DNA from: Neoconidiobolus thromboides FSU 785
Lineage: Eukaryota; Fungi; Entomophthoromycota
Direction: 5' to 3'
Assembly (NCBI GenBank): GCA_025603075.1
Contig: MU626423.1
Span: 1-43,597 of the forward strand
Length of the DNA: 43,597 bases
Shown here: positions 36,494-43,597 of the stretch, in pieces
How positions within the stretch are numbered: the first letter of the stretch is position 1
Layout: each line of letters starts with the position of its first letter
Translations under genes and position numbers: made by a program
The notes under the pieces: model-generated
Told to the model about the DNA's origin: nothing
Database searches by the model: none
What the model saw: the letters and a program-made list of their open reading frames with translations, nothing else

Positions 36494-37253
36494 TTGTATG
36501 ATTATATTAAATATAAAAACTATAATAATCTTAGGCTGATTGTAAAACAAATATACACTAATTTTGACGAAAATATTATAAAGCTGCTACTATTACAAAA
36601 ATACTAATATTATTATTTAAAATAGCTATAAAGTAGGATGTGGAACCTTAACAGCTGGCCTTTCACTCCATTTCTTTTACATTAGTTACCTTGTTTAAAT
36701 AAACTAATTGGGGGTTCGCCCTTTCAAGAACACTAAAAAAACCATAAAATAAAAGATATTATAAAATAACTTAGAAGTAATAAAACTAAAGTCTAATCAT
36801 AGGTTTAATGCTCTACAATGCTTTTATATTTATTTGCCTTTGTTGAAATTTAATAGTTAAAAAAGTAATCGTCTACTATATGACAAAACCAACAAACAAT
36901 ATCAATCTCAAATATTGTTCTAACTGTATGCATTTACTAAACATAATTTTTATACCTTTTTAATACTTTATCCAATTGTTTAAATTTATAGCAAAATTGA
37001 TATTTTTTTGATATAAAAATCAAAAATAATAATTTTTGGTACACAATTTTTAAAACAAAATGTCTAAAGTATAATTAAATTTATCTTTTATTTATAGAAG
37101 GTGATAAATGTTAGCTGTTGTTTTCTTTAGAAGCGAACGTTGTAGTCTTTTTTTACCAATTTATATTAATATCAATACCAGTGAGAGCTCTCTGCTTTTT
37201 TTAATCTTCAATTCTTTACTTATATTTGTAAATGTAATTATGAAAAAATAAAT

Positions 37254-37349
37254 GGGGATGTTTTTTTGATTTTATTGTCTTCCAATTTTTTAAGCGCTAT
37301 TTGAGTGGAAGTTTATTAGCAAAATTCTTAAACAAAAAAATACATCCCC
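37254..37349 (-). mobile_element. MITE copy 17
   Basis: GGGGATG...CATCCCC flanked by AAAT/AAAT. Confidence 0.92.
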
Positions 37350-38056
37350 AAATCTAATCTTATCTTTAAAAATATATAATAACAAAACATTTTTTATAGT
37401 GATGAATTTAAGTTATCAGTATCCGATTTCTTTTTAGTATACAGTTAGTATACGATACCATAAATTCTAGAGCTCTAAGTGAGCTAAAAGGGGTGGTAAT
37501 ATTTATGTATTTAATTAATTTTATAAAGCTTGAAATTGTCACAAAGATAGCAAACAACTAATTAAAATAAGCTTTGCATAATTTAAAAACTCGAAATTTT
37601 GAAAATTTAAAGTAGTAGAATTTTCAAACCTGTAGCTGACATTTTAAATAAATTAAAATGATATCAACTTTAAAAATTAAAATAGAAAAAGAAAAGGACA
37701 ATATATTAAATTTAAGGAGACATGAAAAACCAATAAAGTGGTAAGTAAGATATGAAATAAGTTAACTATATTTTAAATATTATGTTGAGTTTTTGCTAAG
37801 ATTATGCTTTATTAAAGTTCAATTTCAGTCATATACTATTTTCTATTAGATTTCAAAAATCAGAATTTAAATTGCTCCCAGACAATAAAAACCAAACAAA
37901 AGTTTTAATTTGCTGGAGCACAATAAAAGATTTAGTGGTTCAGTTTGATAACCCGAAAAGAAAAAAATTATATTAGCAAGTGGAATAATAAATATCTTTA
38001 ATGAATCGTTTAAGTAGAAATTTAATTAATGTCTTAGAGTAGAACTCTGGTAAAAC

Positions 38057-38863
38057 TCAAGCCTTTATCGTTGTTTGTGATCGAAATCTTTGTCTACATC
38101 TCAGCCTTACAATAGTACCTGAAAGGTAACTTGTTGCACCAATTGTAAAAACTGCGCTATATATAATTAATCCTATTGGTAGTCCAACCAAAGCCATACC
38201 CCCAGTATCAGTCTCAGCAAGTTCTTTGTTGAATGCACCTTGCTTGGCTGTGTTGGTATTCGTATTCACCTTATTTTCTGGAGTTGAATTTTGATTCAGA
38301 TTTCGAGAAACATCAATAGGTTCAGAAGTAGAATAAAAATAATCCGCCTTTTCTTCTAAGTCTTTGAATTCGTCCTTACCATCTAAAGCGACCTTAAAGC
38401 TATTTGGTTTAAGATTGTCAAAATTTAAACCTTTCTTAAAACCACCATAAATTCTAATTGTCACTGATTTATCTTCTTGTAGATCGTCTTTCAATCTTAT
38501 TATATAGTCATCGTTATATTGATCAACTACTGGTGGGTCATGACGCTCAACCTTTACTCCATTGTCTTTAAACCTAAAACTCAGGACAAATTTTTTATCA
38601 TAATTGGAGTAGTCTTTAAATTTTTTATTATGATAAATAGTAACATCGGCCCAAAATTTATTGTTAGTATTGTTGAAACTTTTTAACCCATAATTGATCT
38701 GTAGACCAAAGTCATTTTTCGGATCTTTTGCGTCTGTTGGAAGTGAGGCATAATCTGGTGAATTGCTGTTTTGATTGTTGTTGGTGTCCTGCCCCTGTAT
38801 TAATGATATTAAATTACTACTTATCAAAAGTATAGTAAAATAGAAAATATTAGTTAATATCAT
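38057..38863 (-). CDS. Type I membrane protein of unknown function
   Basis: 268 aa intronless ORF; signal peptide, beta-rich ectodomain, single hydrophobic segment (GGMALVGLPIGLIIYSAVFTIG), short basic tail. Confidence 0.82.
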   Translation of the reverse strand: MILTNIFYFTILLISSNLISLIQGQDTNNNQNSNSPDYASLPTDAKDPKNDFGLQINYGLKSFNNTNNKFWADVTIYHNKKFKDYSNYDKKFVLSFRFKDNGVKVERHDPPVVDQYNDDYIIRLKDDLQEDKSVTIRIYGGFKKGLNFDNLKPNSFKVALDGKDEFKDLEEKADYFYSTSEPIDVSRNLNQNSTPENKVNTNTNTAKQGAFNKELAETDTGGMALVGLPIGLIIYSAVFTIGATSYLSGTIVRLRCRQRFRSQTTIKA

Positions 38864-39711
38864 TTAAAGAAATAAAAGGTAACTAAAGGATTTGTAACTT
38901 TTTTTTAATATTGAGAGTTATTGGTTGGTGATAGTAGAAAAAATTAATCTATTAGATGATAAATATCGTAATACGTTTGGTTCAAACAAAAGGTTAACAT
39001 TGTAAATTAAATATATTTTATGGAACCATTTGAATTTGAATTCTGATTTGAGTTCTGATTCGTTAAAATTGGGTTTTATTAATAGTGGTAAACTCAACTT
39101 AAAAATAATAATTTGTCCCTTGATATTATTTAAATAGTAATAAATCTCAGCAATTATATCATTTGTACTAGCCTTTATGGGTTCCTAGTAAAACTACTTT
39201 ATTTAATAAATTAGAGTAGAGTCATGGTAATCAATTAATAAAAATAGAACTATTTAACAAATTATCTGTTTAAAAGTAACTTTTAATAATATCTTATTCA
39301 GATACGGAGTAAAAACCATATTAACCAAGAAGACAAATATATAAAAACCCAAAACTTAGTTGAAATATTCTATCCTTACTCTTTGGAAGGAAAGTAGAGT
39401 ACCCTTCAACCTAATCCAGTTTAATAATTCAAGAAGGTTACCCAAGATGTGATTGCTTTTATTGTAGCTGTTATTTTTTGCATAATTTTTAAAATTGCAA
39501 AATTTTGAAAATTATTAGTAAAAAGATCCACTACAAATAATTATAATATATAAAACCTTGAAGCAGTAGCGATATAATATATTCAATATTTTATCAGTAT
39601 TTAGCTAATTTATTAAACACAACAGTATAAAACAAAGATTTTAAAAATTACTTACTTATCAATCGGGCTATATAGAAAACCTTTCTATATTGGTTTTAAA
39701 AAATATAATAT

Positions 39712-39804
39712 AGGATGTCTTTTTATTCCATTATTTTTTCTATTTTTTAAACATTATTAAGTGGAAAAATATTAGGAAATTTCTTCAACAAAAAAGACAT
39801 CTCC
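39712..39804 (-). mobile_element. MITE copy 18 (degenerate)
   Basis: AGGATGTC...CATCTCC, probable ATAT/ATAT flanks. Confidence 0.78.
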
Positions 39805-39962
39805 ATATTATACCTATTATCTCTTAATAATTTTTTAGTGACTACTAAATGATATTTTAATGGAATTATAGGCTGTAAGCATCTCAGTTATCAAAAATCA
39901 AACTAAAAATATAATAAATGTTTATTAATTTAAAATAATCAATGCAAAAATGAACAGAAAAT

Positions 39963-41670
39963 TTATACAGTCTCTTTAGCGATCTTTGGTTCTAAAACAG
40001 GTTCAGATTTTACAAGTGGAATATGTATTAGGAAGAGAGAGGCAATAAATGATATTGTACAGAATGGGATCATAGTAATATAGGCATATTTTAATGCTGA
40101 GACATAAGATAGCTTATAAAGTAAAACTTCCTCTTCACTCAAAATAGAAATAGAGTCTAAAGAAGACGTCAAAAGCTTGGAGTCCAGCCCAGGTAAGCTT
40201 TCCATCAAATAATAATTCAATGCATTTTTATAAATCGATCCAATAATCGCTAATCCTAAAACCCCACCTAAATTAGCCGTAAAGTTTAATAATGAGGTTA
40301 CTGAGGCTACTTCTGACTCTTTGACTGCAGCTTGAGACAAAATTGTACAATTTTGAGTACATAAACCATAACCACAACCAATTAACAAAACAATGGTAAT
40401 TTCTTCAAATCGGGTAATATCTTTTCTTAATAAAAACATTAAACATACCCCTACTAATATAAGTCCCGTTCCTAATACATTAAATATTCTATATCTTCCG
40501 GTTTTTGAGGTATAATAGCCTGCTAATGCAGATAATATAACAATGCTAATCATCATTGGAAATAATTCGAATGCAGACATTGTAGCAGATTTGTTATTTA
40601 CAATTTGATGGTAAATAGGTATATAATTAACACTTACATAAAAAGGGAATCCATTTAATAAGTTTGTTATATTTGCAGATATAACATTCCTAGTGAATAT
40701 ACTTGAAGGAAGTATAGGCTCTTTTGCCACTCTTAATTCGACAAAAATAAATAATAAAAGTGATACAACTGAAATACCTAAAGGCACTAAAACTTCCCAA
40801 GACAACCAGGGATATTCATTTCCGCCCCAATTCAACCCTAGTAAAAGAAAAACTGTTGATACTATTATAGAAATTGATCCTAAAAAATCAATACGTTTCA
40901 ACTGAAGTCTAAGTGGTTGCATCTCTTGTTTAAAATTTAAAAATATAGCTGTTATCACAAGAGTTATTAAAGATATAGGTACATTTAAGTAAAAGTTGTA
41001 TCTCCAACTCAAGTTATCAGATATTAAACCGCCAATTACTGGTCCCGATACAACTGCTATGATAAAAAATATTCCAGTCATTGAAAGATATAAACTACGG
41101 CTCTTTAATGGAACAACATCAGATATTACAATAATTGCTAATGCTATTAAACCTCCTCCTCCAATACCACTAAAAGCTCTTGAGCCGATTAGCATGTGAA
41201 TACTACTTGAAGCCCCACACATTATAGAGCCAACCATAAATATAGTTAAGGCTGCTATTAATGTATTTCTTCGACCAAAAATGTCACTTAATTTCCCATA
41301 AAGTGGTATCAAAGCTGTTGTTGTGAGCATATAACTAGCAGGCAGCCAAGCCATATCACTCAACGCATTAAAATCAGACGCGATATGGCCAAGCGCAGCT
41401 GCCAAAATGGTATGGTCTAAAATCGATGTAAATATTACTAAAAAGAGGCTATAAAAATAAACATCGTTTCATATATATAAAAATACAAAATTACCCAAAC
41501 ATTAATAAGTGGAATCTTATCCCTGTTATTGTATATCTTGCGTCTTCTTTTTCAGTATCATTTTCTTTGAACTGTGTTTCTAAGCTTATTATTGAGCCTT
41601 CGTCATCAAACTTACTCATCCTAAACTCTTCTGGTTCTCCTTTGTTAATATCTTTGGATATATCTCCCAT
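39963..41670 (-). CDS. MFS drug:H+ antiporter, DHA2 (14-TMS) family
   Basis: Motif A GKLSDIFGRR, GPVIGG, LSWRYNFYLNVP; first exon from ATG 41668-41670, 46-nt intron 41449-41494. Confidence 0.92.
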
Positions 41671-43268
41671 ATTGTAATAGTAAAATGTAGGATATCATTG
41701 AATTAAATTTGTTTTTATATATCATTTTACGTTGCATTAATCATAAGAAGGAAATTAAATTTAAACTGTTAAGTATAAATTTTAATCAAGGTTATTGTTT
41801 ACTTATTTCTATTTTAAAAAATCACAAATTAAACAAATTTGAGGCAATATTAACTTGTTTTGATTGGCAAACTCGAGTTATTTTTTCAATTATGTATGCT
41901 AAAATTTCCAAAGTTTCCTATGTAAATCATTAACTGCTACAATGAATTCAGCTTACTTTAGTCTATCATTAGTTTATAGACAATGATAAGTTTATTTTAG
42001 AATATTATAGCATTGATTAATTTAATATATGAAAATATAAATTACTTTTTATATTATTTTTAAAATAAATTAATTTAATACTATTAATTTATTTCATCCC
42101 TAAAGTATCAACTAAATTGGGCAAAAACTTCTTCAAGATATTATCCACTTTTTAGTTTTAAGTGGTAAATATGACTTAAGAAAAAAAACTGAGCTTTTGG
42201 TATATTATTTCTTATATAACCAAGTGGCTTTTTCTAGTATTAAAGTCATGAGATTAAGAAATTAGAAAAAAGTAAAACAATATAACGATAAACAACATAC
42301 ATTGAGGTTAACTGTTGAAGTACTCAAGCCTTGGTAGTGTAACTTGGGATTTTAAGCCGTATTGTTAACCTTTTAAAATATCAAGTATAACATTTAATAT
42401 TAGTATATTTACTTTACAATGTATAGACCTAAATTTGTCTATAAGATTAAAATCAACCATGTACAATTATTAAAATGAATTTAATAAATTAAGATGTTAT
42501 TTTCGAAAGTAAAGTGAATTCATCATATAATAATAACTGATAACTTTATTAGCTCCATATCAAGTTAAAAACACCATAACTTTATAAACAATAGATAGTC
42601 TAATAGGCCAACAAAACTAATAAAATGTAAGTCTCAAAGTTTGGGACAAATATTCAATAAAATATGCTATTATTTTTTGGTGAAACTTTTAAGCAAAATC
42701 AAATATAAATCGGGTTAGTTTTAATGTATCTGATATATGCAAAGTAATAATAACCTTATATCATCTGATAAAAAAAATCAAAGATTTGAATAAGGAGCAA
42801 TAACTCGGTAAAAGGTTATTATATTTCTAAAGTCTGACTTTTATTTAGGAAGGTAATACTTTATAAGGGTACTAGAGTTAATTAAATTTGAAATTTAAAA
42901 CTTCTATAAAAGTAAAAATTTTGAATTTAAAAGTCAAAGCCATTATTCTAAATAATAAATTTTTAAAGGAGAGCAAAAAATACTGGAAGTGACTGCTCAG
43001 TTTATATCTTATAATCATTAATTGTTCCTTTCTTTTATCCTTAACTTAGTCTTATTAAGATTAAAAAGAATTCACAAAGTGATATCATGTGGTTTAGTGG
43101 TGGGACCTTTATGAAAAACCGAAAAGACAAAAAACAAGTAATCCACCACTGCTTCAAACAATATAAAAAGGAGCGAATATAACTCAAATAAACTTATCCA
43201 TTTTTACGATCTAAATTACTCTGTGAGAAATTTGCTATCTACCTCTTCATACAAATCTTGAGATAAAA

Positions 43269-43597
43269 ATGCGCTTCACCAATCAATTATTAATGTTAGC
43301 TAGCTTTGCTACTGTTTTCGGCCATATGGAAGTTACCAGCCCCGCCCCAAGACGTTCCCAGCATTTAGCCGGAAATAAAGAGCCTGTTGACTATGACATG
43401 AGTTCACCTTTAGGGGATAAATTTAGTTTCCCATGTAGAGGTTACGGTCCAGGACCATCCTCTGGATCATTCAAAGCTGGTAACTCCATTCCAGTAACAA
43501 TCGGAGGAGGTGCTATGCATAATGGTGGTCATTGTCAGTTTTCTATTACTTATGATAATAAGAACTTTGCTGTCTTAAAAACTGTGATGGGTAATTG
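43269..43597 (+). CDS. Second AA11-like LPMO, 5' part (runs off window; absent from ORF track)
   Basis: MRFTNQLLMLASFATVFG-HMEVTSPAPRRS...FPCRGYG...GGGAMHNGGHCQFS..., paralogous to 33245-34279. Confidence 0.9.
   Translation, partial: MRFTNQLLMLASFATVFGHMEVTSPAPRRSQHLAGNKEPVDYDMSSPLGDKFSFPCRGYGPGPSSGSFKAGNSIPVTIGGGAMHNGGHCQFSITYDNKNFAVLKTVMGN

Noticed and set aside
20270-41199. Antisense or alternative-frame ORFs (20270-20491, 22393-22584, 24769-24990, 25894-26097, 26133-26399, 26221-26439, 33958-34242, 40693-40905, 40996-41199)
   Set aside because: All overlap well-supported genes (IQG1, TUL1, LPMO, MFS) and show no motifs of their own.
41709-42800. ORF 41709-41933 and downstream LRR-like scraps
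   Set aside because: Non-ATG start and too fragmentary to align to the F-box/LRR copies by eye.

Overview
AT-rich, intron-rich eukaryotic window, most likely an early-diverging fungus (inferred from gene content and short 45-70 nt GT-AG introns; Conidiobolus-like Entomophthoromycotina is a guess). Conserved genes: DBR1, an IQGAP (IQG1), TUL1/DSC1 RING E3 ligase, MAK31/NAA38, tRNA-Val(AAC) and tRNA-Ala(CGC). Accessory genes: an AIF/AMID-type flavoprotein, one intact secreted tyrosinase plus two tyrosinase pseudogenes, two AA11-like LPMOs (one cut by the window end), a DHA2 MFS transporter, an unknown type I membrane protein and decayed F-box/LRR paralogs. Two observations stand out. (1) A tRNA-Arg(ACG) gene is split at the variable-loop/T-arm junction by a 742-bp structured insertion bounded by an 8-bp duplication (AGAAGATT). 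(2) There are 18 copies of a 91-101 bp MITE with GGGGATG...CATCCCC-type ends and 4-bp target duplications; a paralogous empty site confirms the duplication. The MITE copies are mostly paired, show CpG decay and carry an internal 48-nt intron-like cassette. All calls are by eye from the sequence; no database searches were run.
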